A stretch of DNA of 64,000 nt. It comes from Eledone cirrhosa. Taxonomy: Eukaryota. The stretch covers positions 92,504,001-92,568,000 of the forward strand of contig OZ024741.1 in assembly GCA_964016885.1 (NCBI GenBank), written 5' to 3'. Positions 29,191-43,125 of this stretch are shown piece after piece. The position numbers were made by a program, and so were the translations under genes. The notes under the pieces were generated by a model. The model was not told the DNA's origin and did not search any database. It saw only the letters and a list, made by a program, of their open reading frames with translations. Position 1 is the stretch's first letter, and each line of letters starts with the position of its first letter.

Positions 29191-32100
29191 TGTTTCTTTT
29201 ATTTGCCACCAGGGCATCAAAAGTGGGACAAGTACAATGGGGGGAGTTTACAAAACAAGGCGTCCTCAATAAGGAGGAGGCAATAACAAAATATAAAAAT
29301 AAAATAAAATATAACAGAATAAAATATATAACAAAATCCTCAATAGAGAGGAGGCGCCTTGGGGAGTCGCACACACCCCCGAAAAAAGTGTGCAACCCTT
29401 TTCCTCAGGAGCACAGAGAAGGGGTGCTCCCTTGGTCTTTCATCTTCCTCACCTATAGTCTGATGTAGAGTGAAGGCCCATTCACATGGGCCATTCTCGC
29501 CACTTTCACCCATCTTTCATAAAAACGACTGGGGTGCAGCACCTCTCTCTCCATCCTGGTCCTTCTTTCGAAATGATATCGGAAGAAAGGGACCAGTTGT
29601 TGACCAGAGAGAAAGGTGTCTGACCTCAGTCCTTTCAGACGCGTCCACCATACAACCTCTTTCGCCATGGCTATTACGCACAGAAACACCGCCTCTTCTT
29701 CGTTTTTGAAGAGGGGAGGTGGCTTGATCGTTACAATAGACTCGGTGGACAACCGGATCGGTCCCACCCTTGACAGCAGTTGTTCGACATAGCCCCACAG
29801 ATCGGCAATGCCCGAGCAGTGTACCAATGCGTGTGCAACGGTTTCCTCGTCGCACACGCATCTGCGACAGATCTTTTTCGAGGGGTCCCTACCCGGGCGC
29901 CCGTGTCTGTAGAGCCTTTCTCGAACGGGCAGAGCCCTTCTGTAGTATTACAAGGCCAGGGACCTCTGGAAGTTATCCATGGGTCCCGGGCTGAATGTCC
30001 TACCGAACAGGTTGGCCAGTTCGTCTTCCTCCATGCCTAGGGCTTCTCCGAGGGCGTCGTCGCACCTGCTAACCACCAGCCCTCTATAGAGTGACGAGGT
30101 GGATTCTCCACTGACAGCTGGGTCCGCCTGCCAGAGAGCCGTGAGCGCCTGGGCACACTCGGTGTGCCAGGCGCCCAGTTTTCTCGGTCTTTGCTTGACC
30201 CAGGATTGCAGCTCGTTGAGTGAGACGAGTCTGGGAAAGGCTTCCTCACAAACGGGGCCCACACCGGTTGACCGGAGAGGAATACCTGAAGGTGCCGTAG
30301 CCTTAATGCGTGTTTACGTATCATTAGCCACGGCATCCCCAGCCCTCCTTTCGAAGGGTGTTGACAGCAGATGGATCTCCTCACCATAGGAGCCCGCTTC
30401 TTCCAAAGGAATTGGAAGAGTGCGCGCTCCATTTTGGCGAGCGTTTCCCTTGGGCAAGGCACAACGGTCAGGCGGTAGTAGATGACGGAGCTATATAAGT
30501 GTTCGCCACCTCCGCCCGACCTTTCAGGGACAGTTTGCACTCGGCCCACTTCTGGGTCAGTGCAAACACCCTGTTCGTTACCTCACCCCAGTTCTTCTCC
30601 ACCTGGAGGTCTGGTCCGAACCAGACCCCGAGCAACTTCACCGGGCCCTCCGTCCAGCGCCCGACGACGCCATCGGAGGGCATCGATCTGCCCCTCCACG
30701 TGCCGAGTTGCAGACCGATCGACTTGTCCCGGTTCAGCTTAGCCCCTGTAAACCTTTCGTACTCCTCCAGTAAGGTGCCGATCGCCCCGATTTCCGAGGC
30801 CGTCGACACCATTACTGTTACGTCATCGGCGTAGGCTGACACCGCTTTCCGCAATCCCGGTTCCAACGGGATGCCCTGCAACAACTCCAACTTCCGCAGC
30901 AGTGGCTCTAGAGTCATTACATACAGAAGGGAGGAGAGAGGGCACCCCTGTCGGATGGACCGCGCGATTTCGAACGACTCCGAGAGGAAGCCGTTCACCT
31001 TAACCCTAGAGCAGATGCGGCTGCTGTGCATGGCATTGATCCAGCCCCTGAAAACGGGTCCGAAGCCTGCCGCCGCTAGCACGACATCCAGGTAACCATG
31101 GTCGACCCTATCGAATGCCTTAGATTGATCCAAGTTGATCAGGGCCCCACCAAAGCCGGGTTCGTTCCCAACCCTCTCTATGATGTATCGCATGAGGTGG
31201 AGGTTGTCGTGGATGAACCTGGACGGGATAGCACATGTCTGCGCATCTCCTACCAGGTTGCCCACGACAAGCGCCAACCTCTTTGCTAGCACCTTGGCCA
31301 AAATCTGTAACTCTGTATTTAGCAGAGTTATGGGCCTGAAATTATTTATATCGTCCCCCTTGTCCTCGTCCTTCCTCACTAGCATGACTACGCCCTTGGT
31401 CACAGCACAGGGAATTCTCCCGTTCTGTTGCCAGTTGCAGTAGACCGCCTCGAGGAGATCGGGGAACAAGTCCGGCATAGCTAGATATAGTTCGTATGGA
31501 AGACCATCGAGACCCGGGGATTTGCGTTTGCCGCATTGGCTCAGCACGTCCTCTATCGGGACAGGCCCCTACGTAGTCCCAGCGTGCATCTTGGATACCA
31601 TTCCAGTCCCCCACTAATAGCAAGGAGCGGGACGTCCCTAGAAAAGTCTCCAGACGATGGAAGAATTCCGGCCGCATTGACCCGAAAGGTGAAGAGAAAA
31701 GGCACTTACCTCTCTGCGTCCCGGGTATCGGGCTGCACAATTTCCATTAGGGTGGGTGATGGGTTGTTGGGTGGGGTGGTGGTTTGTGGAGGTGTAGGGG
31801 CATCAGTGTGTTGTGTGGTTGGGGAGTTTGGAGTTGTGTGGGTGTTTCGGGAGGAGGTGGGGTAGTTTTTAGGAGGACGCGGTTTATGGGCCCGACGCAG
31901 GGGGGACCCACGTCCTCTTTAAAATTGTTTTTTAAAGTTTTATAGGTGTCCTGTGGGGCCTTAATCATTTTGAGGTGGGGGAAATCCCCTGCCTGGGTGA
32001 AGTTAGGCCCTTGGGTTTTTATTAGATTGTTGTTGTACACAATGTTTAACAGTTTTTTGTTTCTTGTGTTTATGTATGTGTATGCATGTTTTTGTTTTTG

Positions 32101-33237
32101 TGTGGCTTTTTTTGTTTGCTGTTGTTGTGAGCTCTTTTGTGTTGGTGTCAGTGTTATGTTTTGGGGAGGGGTTGTTTTCATTTTTGTGTCTGAGGTGTGT
32201 TTTCTTTTTTTTCTTTTGATTGTGTGGAAGTGTTCCTCCTCGTCTGACGACGAACTAGGGTCATCTTCCGCGTTGGAGGGGAGGGGTATATTTTCGGGTT
32301 GTGTTTGCGGTGCGGGTGTTTTGGAAATTGTTTTTGTTTTTTGAGTGGGGGGGTGGGGGGGGGGGGGGGGTTGGACATTGTTTTGTTTTTGTTTGTGCTG
32401 TGGTGGTTGTTTTTGTAGTGGTGGTTGTGGTGATTGTGTTGGTTGTGCAGTTGTTGGTTGTGTAGGCAGGATTGGGGTTTTCTTATTAAGTTGGGGACAG
32501 ACAACCCTCAGGTGACCTCTGGTTCCGCAGAGGTAACACGAGGGCCGCCTACCCTCAACGGTAATGGATCGTGAATGAACCATTTTCCCCGTACACTATA
32601 TATTTTTTGGCATCTGCCAGTAGATCCTTCGCTTTGGTTATATCTACTGGCAGATAGTCGAGGGTTTTCCTTGCCGTCTCGGCGAAGGAGAAATTATATT
32701 GTTTGTGTTGCTGTTGTAGTTGGTGGTGTTGTTGTTATCATTGTTGTTGTTATCACAGTTATTGGTCTTGTTGTTGTTATTGTTATTTGTGTTGTTTTCG
32801 TCCGTCGCATTGTTGTTGTTGTTGTTGCTGTTGCTGGTGCCGCTGGTTCTTTGGGTTGTTGCCATGGCAACGTCAAGTTGTCGGTCAACAGGTGGAGGAA
32901 ATCCTTCCTCTGGCTGACCTTTCTTTTTGACCTCTGCTACTGTGACAGTGGCAGGGGGGAAGCTGTAAGCTTATCTTCCCCTTTCCTCCTTCGAATTTTG
33001 GTGAAGATGCTTCAGCCATTTTTATCAAAATAGGATTTTTCGAAATTTTTCGAAAGATTAAATTTTTACAAAATTATTTCGCCTAAAGGCGTAGAATATT
33101 TTGAGAGACTGACCAGATCAAAGTTTGACCTGGCAGTCTCTCTACAAAGTGGTACAAAAATGAAAGTTTACAGTTCACAATTTCCAGATAAATTTAAACG
33201 AAACTTACCGAGCGAGCTCAGCACGTGTCTATCCCAG
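29191..33237 (-). mobile_element. Tx1/L1-clade LINE, apparently retaining both ends but internally deleted and frameshifted
   Basis: ORF1 remnants from ATG 33019 with knuckle CYLCGTRGHLRVVC. RT at 30468-31547 (SPGLDG, FRPITLLN, DQSKAFD, QGCPLS, YADD). 3' AATAAA followed by (TATC)n. Confidence 0.92.
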
Positions 33238-33503
33238 AGATAGATAGATAGATAGATAGATAGATTTCTTTATTAGCCACAGGGGCACAAAAGAAGGGGA
33301 CAAATACAAAGGGGGAAGTTTACATACAATAAAAACGTGTAAAATGTTATCACAAATGGAATTTAAAAAGTTAGTCGATTTTCCCCAATAGAGGGAGACA
33401 GTTTATATGGGTAACACATACCCCCGAAAAAAAATGTGCAACCCTCATCTCCAGGAGTACGAAGAGTTTGTACTCCCTTCCTCTCCTCCTCCTTTTCCTC
33501 AAC

Positions 33504-36500
33504 ATACAGGCTGATATAGAGAGAAGGCCCATTCACTCGGGCCATTCTCGCCACTTTCACCCACCTTTCATAAAACTTGCTGGGGTACAGCACCTCTCTC
33601 TCCATCCTGATTCTTCTTCCAAAGTGGTATTTGAAAAAAAGAATCAGTTGTTGGCCGGAGAGAAAGGTGTCTGACCTCAGCCCTTTCAACCTTGTCCACC
33701 ATACAATCTCTTTCGCCATAGCTATCACACAAAGGAAAACCGCCTCTCCTTCGTTTTTGAAGGAGGGTGGCGGTTTGATCATGACAATGGACTCGGTGGT
33801 CAACTGGATTGGTCCCACCCGCGACAATAGTCGTTCTACATAGCCCCACAGGTCAGTGACGCTCGGGCAGTGTATGAATGCGTGCGCGACGGTTTCTTCG
33901 TCTCGCACGCACCTCGGACAGATCTTTTTTGCAGGGTCCCTGCCCGGGCGCCCATGTCTGTAGAGCTTGTCTCGAACTGGTAGAGCTCCTCGGTAGCACT
34001 GCCAGGCCAGGGGCTTTTGGAAGTTGTCCATCGGTCCCGGGCGGAAGGTCCTACCGAACAGACTGGCCAGTTCATATTCCTCTACGCCTAGAGTTTCACC
34101 GAGCGCGTCGTCGCACTTGCTGCGGACCAACCCTCTATAGAATGATGAAGTGGAGTCTCCACTGATCGCCGGGTCCGCCTGCCAGAGGGCTGTGAACGCC
34201 TGAGCACATTCGATGTGCCAGTCGCCCATTTTCCTCGGTCTTTGCTTGACCCAGGACTGCAGCTCGGTCAGCGAGACGAGTCGTGGGAAGGCTCGCCTCA
34301 CGAACGGGGCCCACATCGGTTATCCGGTGAGGAATACGTAGAGATGCCGCAGCCTGAGCGCGTGTTTGCGCATCGTCAACCACGGCATCCCCAGCCCGCC
34401 GTTAGAAGGGTGTTGGCAGCAGATGGATCTTCTCACCAAAGGAGCCCGCCTCTTCCAAAGGAATCGGAAGAGCGCGCGCTCCATTTTGGCGAGCGTTTTG
34501 GCTGGACAAGGCACGACGGTCAAGTGGTAGTAGATGGCGGACGCTATAAAAGTGTTCGCCACCTCCGCTCGACCTTTCAAGGATAGTTTGCACTCGGCCC
34601 ACTTCTGGGTGAGTGCAAACACCTTGGCCGTCACTTCGTTCCAGTTCTTCTCCACCTGGAGGTCCGGACCAAACCAGACCCCGAGCATCTTTACCGGTCC
34701 TTCCGTCCAGCGTCCGACGACGCCATCGGAAGGCATCGGTCTGCCTCTCCACGATCCGAGTTGCAAACCGATGGACTTGTCCCGGTTCAGCTTCGCTCCT
34801 GTGAGACTTTCGTATTCCTTCAGTAAGGTGCCGACTTCCTCGATTTGCGAGGCGCTCGACACCATTACTGTCACGTCGTCGGCGTAGGCCGACGCCGCTT
34901 TCCGCAATCCCGGTTCCAGAGGGATGCCCTGCAATAGCTCCAGCTTCCGCAGTAGTGGCTCGAGAGTCAGTACGTACAGAAGGGAAGAGAGAGGGCATCC
35001 CTTTCGAATGGATCGCGTAATATGGAACGGCTCCGAGAGGTAGCCGTTCACCTTAACCCTTGAGCAGATGTTGCTGTTGTGCATTGCAGCAATCCCGCCC
35101 CTGAACACGGGTCCGAAGCATGCCGCCTCGAGCACCGCATCCAGGTAACGATGGTCAACCCTATCGAAAGCCTTAGACTGATCCAAGTTGATCAGGGCCC
35201 CACCGAAGCCGGGTTTACACCCTACCCTCTCTATGATGTATCGCATGAGGTGGAGGTTGTCGTGTATGGACCTGGTCGGGATTGCGCATGTCTGCGCTTC
35301 TCCCACCAGGTTCTCGACGACAAGCGCCAGCCTCTTTGCCAACACCTTGGCCAAAATCTGTAACTCTGTGTTTAGCAGAGTTATGGGCCGGAAGTTGCCT
35401 ATGTCATCCCCCTTATTCTCGTCCTTCCTGATTAGTGTGACCACGCCCCCGGTTACAGAACTGGGAATTCTCCCGTTCTGTTGCCAGTTGCAGTAGACCG
35501 CTTCCAGGAGACCGGAGAATAAGTCCGGCATTGCTACGTAAAATTCGTAGGGTAGACCGTCGAGACCTGAAGATTTGCGTTTGCCGCATTGGCTCAGCGC
35601 GTCCCCTATCTCAGTGGCTGAAATCGGCTTTTCGCAGAACTTCGCCTCGCTGTCCGAGAGTCGCGGTAGGCCGTCGAGGTATGGACCGAAATCCATAGCC
35701 TCTCCCGGCGCGCCGCTCCCCCCGAACAGCCGAGCAAAGTGCCGCTGAAAAGCCGCACACATCTGCTTCGGCTCACGTATCACGCGTCCGTTTTGGTCCT
35801 TCAAAGACCGAATCGTGGACTTGTTGCCACTTTTTGCCTCCGTCACTCGGGCCCAGCTAACAGCTTTGGCTCCCTCGTTTCCCAGAGCACGTATTTTGCT
35901 TCTGACAACGCAGCCCTCGTGCTTTGCGTCGAAGAACTGGTCCAATGCCGTTCTCGTTGCTAGCACGCTGGCTACGTTGCCACTTCTAATTGCCTCTTCT
36001 ACTTTATCTACCAGTTCCTTCTCGGTTCTATTTCTATCTAACGCTAATTCTTTACTAAAAACTATCGAGTCTAATCTAACTGCCCTCTTGAGAGAGTACC
36101 ACCATCTGTTGTTGACAATGGCCCCTGTCAAGTGCTGTTTAACTAAAGTGCTAATCCGTCTACTGTAGGCTTTGCTTGTCGGTAACGACAAGTTCAGCTT
36201 CCAGTAGCCGGGTCCTTGTCTATGGGTTCTATAAAGGTTGGCCATGCAGGTCACTAGTTTGTGATCTGAATAGGCAACCATGAACATTTGTGGACAGCTT
36301 AACATGTCCCTATCCTTATTTCTAACTAGAACCCTATCTAGGTACGATCTAGATGTTCCGCTACAATTACTCCACGTCCACAGTGGCGCAGTCGGAAAAT
36401 CTAGTCGATATCTATCGGCCAGGTCAAATCGGTCGATTAACTGTTTGAGGCTGTTACGCCCCCCTTTATCGGGACATGCTCCCACATAGTCCCAACGTGC

Positions 36501-36941
36501 ATCTAGGATTCCATTCCAGTCCCCCACTAAAAGCAAGGAGCGGGACGTTCCCAGAAAATTCTCTAGACGATTGAAGAAGTTTGGCCGTGGTGTCCCGGAT
36601 GGGGCATATGCGGCCACCAGCCTGAAGGCTCCACCTTCACTACCGTCAACGTCTAGGACCACCAGTCGACCCTCCGGGTCCAGATGTACTGTCTGTGTTA
36701 CGAGGCCCAGGTGTTTCCGCAGCAAAACGGCAACTCCGCCCCCACCCCCCGGTTGACAGAGAGATGCGTAGATCTCAAAGTCATCGAAGATGGGGGCCAG
36801 CTGTCGCTCGCCGTGGATCCTGGACTCGCAAATGGCTACCACATCCATACTGTGCGACCTGAGGTCGTTTAAGAGTTTGCCCTGTTTCCAGGGCATCCCC
36901 AGGCCGCGTACGTTCACACATCCAACTCTTATATTGGCCAT
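33504..36941 (-). pseudogene. ORF2 (APE endonuclease, RT, CCHC) with one in-frame nonsense codon
   Basis: NVRGL, GDWN, SYLD, SDH, YADD and CPRC...ETVAH...C. TAA at 34320-34322 replaces Gln (LSGQPVW in the sister copies). The normal stop is mutated to TAT at 33504. Confidence 0.93.
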
Positions 36942-36974
36942 GTTGGTGCTGAAAAGTTAAAAGAGGAAATGAGA

Positions 36975-38212
36975 TCACTCACCCTTCGCCTCCTGGGGAC
37001 CAGGCCGCACGATTTCCATGGGGGTGTTGGAGGGGTTGTCTGGATGGGTGGTGGTTTCCGGCGGGGTGGGGATGCAGATGTTTGGTGGGGTGGGGTCTGG
37101 TGGGATGGGGGTGTCTGGGGTGGGGAGGCATTTGAGAAGGACGCGGTTGAGTGGTTTCACGCAGGAATTCCCCACATCCTTCTCAAATGTTTCTTTTAGG
37201 GACCTATAAGTTTGTATAGGGACCCTAATCAGTTTTAGGTTCAGTTTTTTGCTATTTTTAATAGAGTGGGCGAAAGTTTTCCCTTCGGTGAAAACCGAAG
37301 GGTCGTTCGTGATGGTCTCCATTAGTGTTTTGTTTTCAGTGTTTATGTAAGTGTAAGTGTAATTTTCTTGTGTTGTGTTTGTTTTTGTCTGTAGTTCTTG
37401 TGTGTGCTTTCGTTTTGTTGTAGGTATTTTGTTTTCAGGAGGTGGGGGTTTTGTTTGTGATATTTTTGTTGTTTGTGTTGGTGGTTGTATGTTTGTGGTA
37501 GTGTTTGCTGGTTTTTTGCTTTTGTGATGTCTTTTCTTTCTTTTCGAGCGATGGGGTTCTCCCTCGTCTTCACTGGGTGATGGCGAGATAGCCTCATCTG
37601 TTGTATCGTCTGTGTGATTGGGGAGGGGTATGTCTTGGGGAGCTGTTGTGTCTGTATGTGATTTTGCAGTGGTTTTAGGTGGAGTGGGGTTGGGTGGGAC
37701 TGTGTTTGTTGTGGTTATTTTTGTGTGTTGGTGTTGTTGTTGTGGTGGTGGTGTTGGTGGTTGTGTTGTTTTGATGGGTGTCGGCAGAAGAGCCTTTTTT
37801 TGGTTCATTAGTTTAGGACAGGAAGCCCTCAGGTGACCCCTGCTAAAGCAATGGTAACATGAAGGCCGCCTACCCTCAACCGAAAGATTTATGTAGGTGA
37901 GTCCGTCCAGGAGTACACGCTGTGGGATCATAGCTATTCGCTCTGGGCTGATTTGCACCAGAACTTCAATGCTAGTCCCATTGAATACATCTCTGGGGGA
38001 CTTTCCTACTGACAGTATTCTGTCTCCATCAAAATTGATGAAGCCGCACAGTATCCACCATATGTTCACCTTTGGTGTGACACTTGTGATTCTGATCTTT
38101 TGTGTCCTTTTTCCCATGTATGTAGGGAAAAAGGTGTACAGGTTGGATACAATTGGCGACACAGAGTAATTTTGGGCCGTCAATTGATCCTTCATGAGTA
38201 CCGAAATACTCC
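36975..38212 (-). pseudogene. ORF1 (gag-like, zinc knuckle), 5'-truncated
   Basis: VEGRRPSCYHCFSRGHLRASCP and a Pro/Thr/Lys-rich tail. The stop lies 33 nt before the ORF2 ATG. Confidence 0.85.
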
Positions 38213-38246
<34 letters not shown>

Positions 38247-38254
38247 GATAGATA

Positions 38255-39989
38255 TGTTTCTTTTATTTGCCACCAGGGCATCAAAAGTGGGACAAGTACA
38301 ATGGGGGGAGTTTACAAAACAAGGCGTCCTCAATAAGGAGGAAGCAATAACAAGATATAAAAATAAAATAAAATATAACAAAAAATAAAATTTATAACAA
38401 AGTCCTCAATACACACACCCCCGAAAAAAAGTGTGCAACCCTTTTCCTCGGGAGCACAGAGAAGGGGTGCTCCCTTGGTCTTTCATCTTCCTCACCTATA
38501 GTCTGATGTAGAGTGAAGGCCCATTCACACGGGCCATTCTCGCCACTTTCACCCATCTTTCATAAAAACGACTGGGGTGGAGCACCTCTCTCTCCATCCT
38601 GATCCTTCTTCTGAAATGATATCGGAAGAAACGGACCAGTTGTTGGCCAGAGAGAAGGGTGTCTGACCTCAGTCCTTTCAGACGCGTCCACCATACAACC
38701 TCTTTCGCCATAGCTATTACGCACAGAAACACTGCCTCTTCTTCGTTTTTGAAGAGGGGAGGCGGCTTGATCGTTGGTGGTCAACCGGATCGGTCCCACC
38801 CTTGACAGCAGTTGTTCGACATAGCCCCACAGATCGGCAATGCCCGAGCAGTGTACCAATGCGTGTGCAACGGTTTCCTCGTCGCACACGCATCTGGGAC
38901 AGATCTTTTTCAAGGGGTCCCTACCCGGGCACCCGTGTCTGTAGAGCCTTTCTCGAACGGGCAGAGCCCTTCTGTAGCATTGCCAGGCCAGGGACCTCTG
39001 GAAGTTATCCATGGGTCCCGGGCTGAATGTCCTACCGAACAGGTTGGCCAGTTCGTCTTCCTCCATGCCTAGGGCTTCTCCGAGGGCGTCGTCGCACCTG
39101 CTAACCACCAGCCCTCTATAGAATGACGAGGTGGATTCTCCACTGACAGCCGGGTCCGCCTGCCAGAGAGCCGTGAGCGCCTGGGCACACTCGGTGTGCC
39201 AGGCGCCCAGTTTTCTCGGTCTTTGCTTGACCCAGGATTGCAGCTCGGTGAGTGAGACGAGTCTGGGAAAGGTTCGCCTCACAAACGGGGCCCACACCGG
39301 TTGACCGGAGAGGAATACCTGAAGGTGCCGTAGCCTTAATGCGTGTTTACGTATCATTAGCCACGGCATCCCCAGCCCTCCTTTCGAAGGGTGTTGACAG
39401 CAGATGGATCTCCTCACCATAGGAGCCCGCTTCTTCCAAAGGAATTGGAAGAGTGCGCACTCCATTTTGGCGAGCGTTTCCCTTGGGCAAGGCACAACGG
39501 TCAGGCGGTAGTAGATGACGGACGCTATATAAGTGTTCGCCACCTCCGCCCGACCTTTCAGGGACAGTTTGCACTCGGCCCACTTCTGGGTCAGTGCAAA
39601 CACCCTGTTCGTTACCTCACCCCAGTTCTTCTCCAACTGGAGGTCTGGTCCGAACCAGACCCCGAGCAACTTCACCGGGCCCTCCGTCCAGCGCCCGACG
39701 ACGCCATCGGAGGGCATCGATCTGCCCCTCCACGTGCCGAGTTGCAGACCGATCGACTTGTCCCGGTTCAGCTTAGCCCCTGTAAACCTTTCGTACTCCT
39801 CCAGTAAGGTGCCGATCGCCCCGATTTCCGAGGCCGTCGACACCATTATTGTTACGTCATCGGCGTAGGCTGACACCGCTTTCCGCAATCCCGGTTCCAA
39901 CGGGATGCCCTGCAACAACTCCAACTTCCGCAGCAGTGGCTCTAGAGTCATTACATACAGAAGGGAGGAGAGAGGGCACTCCTGTCGGA
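38255..39989 (-). mobile_element. 5'-truncated Tx1/L1-clade LINE, same subfamily as 29191-33237
   Basis: Near-identical to 29191-30955 and starts within the RT QGCPLS region. Confidence 0.93.
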
Positions 39990-40345
39990 ATAGATAGGTA
40001 GGTAGGTAGGTGGGTGGGTGGGTGGGTGGGTAGGGGGGTAGAGAGGTAGGTAGGTAGTTAAGTCGGTGGGGAGGTAGGTGGGTGGGTAGGTAGGTAGGTA
40101 GGTAGGTAGTTAAGTAGGTGGGTAGGTAGTTAAGTAGGATGGTAGGTGGGTAGGTAAGTAGGTAGTTAAGTAGGTGGGTAGGTAGGTAGGTAGGTAGGTA
40201 GTTAAGTAGAGAGGGAGGTGGGTAGGTAGGTAGGTAGTTAAGTAGGCGGGTAGGTGGGTAGGTAGGTAGGTAGGTAGGTAGTTAAGTAGAGAGGGAGGTG
40301 GGTAGGTAGGTAGGTAGTTAAGTAGGTGCGTAGGTAGGTAGGTAG
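39990..40345. repeat. Compound (GGTA/GGTG/GATA)n microsatellite; continuation of the tract at 29088-29190
   Basis: Direct reading. Confidence 0.9.
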
Positions 40346-40433
40346 GGAAGGAGAAAGAAATCTAGAAAGGTGATGTCGTTGTGGAAAGGAAGATGGAAAT
40401 GGTCAAGTGGAATACTTATTATTATGAAAAGTA

Positions 40434-43125
40434 TGGCGGTGGATAGAGGGTTTGACGCCATGCTTTGCAGCATAGAGTTACGGCCCTTTATGATCTGAGT
40501 TCAATTTCCGCCAAGGTTAACTTTGCCTTTCATCATTACGGGGGTTTATAAAATAAAGTACCAGTGATACACTGGGATAATTGCTGGCCTTGTGCCTATA
40601 GTATAAATCATTATTATGAAAAGTATCCATCGGTGGTGATAAGTCCTATTACAGACGAGTTTAGGTGGATCCAACACCTTTTCTGGTCAGGTCCATGAGA
40701 AGTGATTCAAAACGAAGCTAGACAGAAATTGAGAGTCGTTCGAGTAGTTTATTAGAATGCTTCGCATTATTTGTTCTGGTTCTCTGTGTTCTGAGTTCAA
40801 ATCACGCCAAGGGCAACTTTTCCTTTTCTACTTTCAGAGGTCGATAAATAAAGTACCACTCGACTAAAGTACTGGGTTCCATTTTATCGTCTATACCATT
40901 CTCTAAAATGTGTGACTTGTACGCAAAACTCTGAGTAATAACGACAGAAATCCTCCACTTAGAATTAAAAATCATAATGTATGGAAGAAAGGGTCTGTGT
41001 GTTTGAGAGAGATGAAGAGAAAGAAAGAGAGAGAGAAAGATATAGATGACTGCTATAGGAATCACGTTTTCTATGATTATGTATTTGACAAATATTAAAC
41101 ATTTCTTTCTAGATTCAACCACCATGACCAAACTGTGAAACAACAGAAGGAGCCGACCTAGCTTGTGGTTATTTAGTGTTTAATAATGACACTTTACAAT
41201 TCTTGAATGACAATCAATATGTCAGATTAATAATTGTGTAGAAAATTCAGTGTGTGCATTTAGTTATTGGTTTTCCATTATTTTTCACGTACCACAAGAA
41301 ATGTAGACCCGGTCCGATTTAAATGGTTACAATAATAAAACGGCATATGTTCTTAAAAAGATTGCAATGATGCAAATTTAAAAAAAGGAACAATAACTGG
41401 CGCATAGAAGCATAGAAAATTAACAGGTGTCAAATTACAACGTTAATAAAAGCAAGGTTTACATAAATTTATTTGGAATTAATTTAGGTTGTTGTTGTTT
41501 TGTTGTTTTTTTTTTTTTGTTCTTTTACAGAGTCAACAGCAAGTAAATTTGGTTTTAAATGTATTGAGGAGGATGCTCACAATATTTCACATTTCTTTTG
41601 GCAATTTTAAAGTGGGTTGACAAAATCAATATAAAGCGTCGAATAAAATACCATACCGTATTTGTTCTGGCTATTTATATTCTGGGTTAAAATCCCGCAC
41701 AGGATAAATTTGCCTTTCGTCATTCCAGAGTCGATAAAATAAAATACCTGTCAAGTACTGGGACTGATTTATCAACTTTGCCTTTCCCCCACATTTGCTG
41801 GCCTTGTGCCTAAATTAGAAATCAATATGGTAAAAGAGCTTTTGGCTTCTGATTTGGAATAAATCGTTCATTTTTTTTCTTTCTAATGGCTAGAATACAT
41901 GCAGCTCACCATGCAGCACACCACACCTGCATACTTTATCAGCTACTGGAGCAGTTGTGCCAGCCCATTGTCGAATTAATAGTCGATCATCTGCAAAGCC
42001 ATTGGTGTTCACGATGCTGAGGCCGTCTAATTATACTGATCACCGCATGAGCTACTGCTTACGATGAGACAAGCACGATATTTTCTAGGGGTTTACTCCT
42101 TTGGATCCGACTTGTTCTGATAGAATATCCTGTGATAGCCATATCAGAGGTAGCTCATTTAGGATGTGGCTTTTAACCACGCAGGTCAGTCTTCGAACTC
42201 AGAGAGGCTAGGTGCTGAGCTTAAATGAGCATATATTGCGCATAATCGATTTGCTGAGTGGAATGTTGAACAGACACTGGGACACACGGGAACGCTACAA
42301 AAGGTCATCCAGTGCCAACCAGTGAAATCTACTCCAGCCCTGCACACTGTTAAATTAACATATACATTCATCTTCAATCATTATTGCAGGAAATTATGGG
42401 AGTATTTGTAATATTTGGTGCTAGGTTTTGCAAGATACTCCATACACATAGAAGTAATTATCACTCTCTTCTTTGTTTTATTGAGTAGATCTACTGCGCT
42501 TCCCCTCACACAATAATCTTTGTCTTTATGGAAATACATTTTAAATGGAACTGATCTTTGTATATTTTCGAGGATTGCTATGTCTTTTTTTTTTTTTTTT
42601 TTTTCTTACATAGTTTATTTCCAGATGGAATAGAATCATACTATGGTACCAATAGAAATTGTGTTTCTATTGGTCTGATCTGACGATGGGTTGCTTTCCC
42701 TTTTTATGTTAGATAGGAATTGTGCTTTTTTTTTCGCTAAATTATGATTTATGGTCAATTGAATCGACTTTGTTGTATTACTGGTATTTATTTTTCTCAA
42801 ACTAGAGAGAAAAATAGTAAACTTCCATGTTAACCATGTTGTCATTCAGACTGCTTCAAATGTTAGCTAAATGTCGCTCAAATTATGCCTACCATCTTGA
42901 AAATAAAGATTGGTGTTCTATGGTGGGTGGGTGGCGGTTAGGTAATATAATTGTTTCTACTTTTGGCACAAGGCCAGCAATTACCCAGTGCATTATTGGT
43001 ACTTTATTGTATCGACCCCGTAAGGATGAAAGGCAAAGTTAACCTCGACGGGATTTGAACTCAGACCGTAAAGGGACGTAACTATGCTGGAAAGCATGGC
43101 GTCCGTCCCTCTACCGATACTACCA
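40434..43125. mobile_element. Cluster of four tRNA-derived SINE copies (~40434-40617 +, ~40715-40945 +, ~41665-41827 +, ~42948-43125 -)
   Basis: Same B-box, core and tail motifs as 20525-20900. Further copies lie at ~50440-50640 (+), ~51455-51518 (-) and ~60385-60640 (-). Boundaries are approximate. Confidence 0.75.

Larger units (their letters stand above)
33265..38212 (-). mobile_element. Tx1/L1-clade LINE, near complete (5'-truncated in ORF1), different subfamily
   Basis: ORF1 has CYHCFSRGHLRASC; ORF2 encodes APE, RT and a zinc motif. Flanked by (GATA)n on both sides. Confidence 0.95.

Noticed and set aside
32644-32930. Poly-Asn, poly-Cys and poly-Leu ORFs
   Set aside because: This is an (AAC)n low-complexity tract inside LINE ORF1 read in several frames.
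38213-38381. N-terminal part of the 468-aa ORF (and the similar ORF 29018-29395)
   Set aside because: Chance read-through from the neighbouring LINE 3' UTR and (TATC)n into a truncated ORF.
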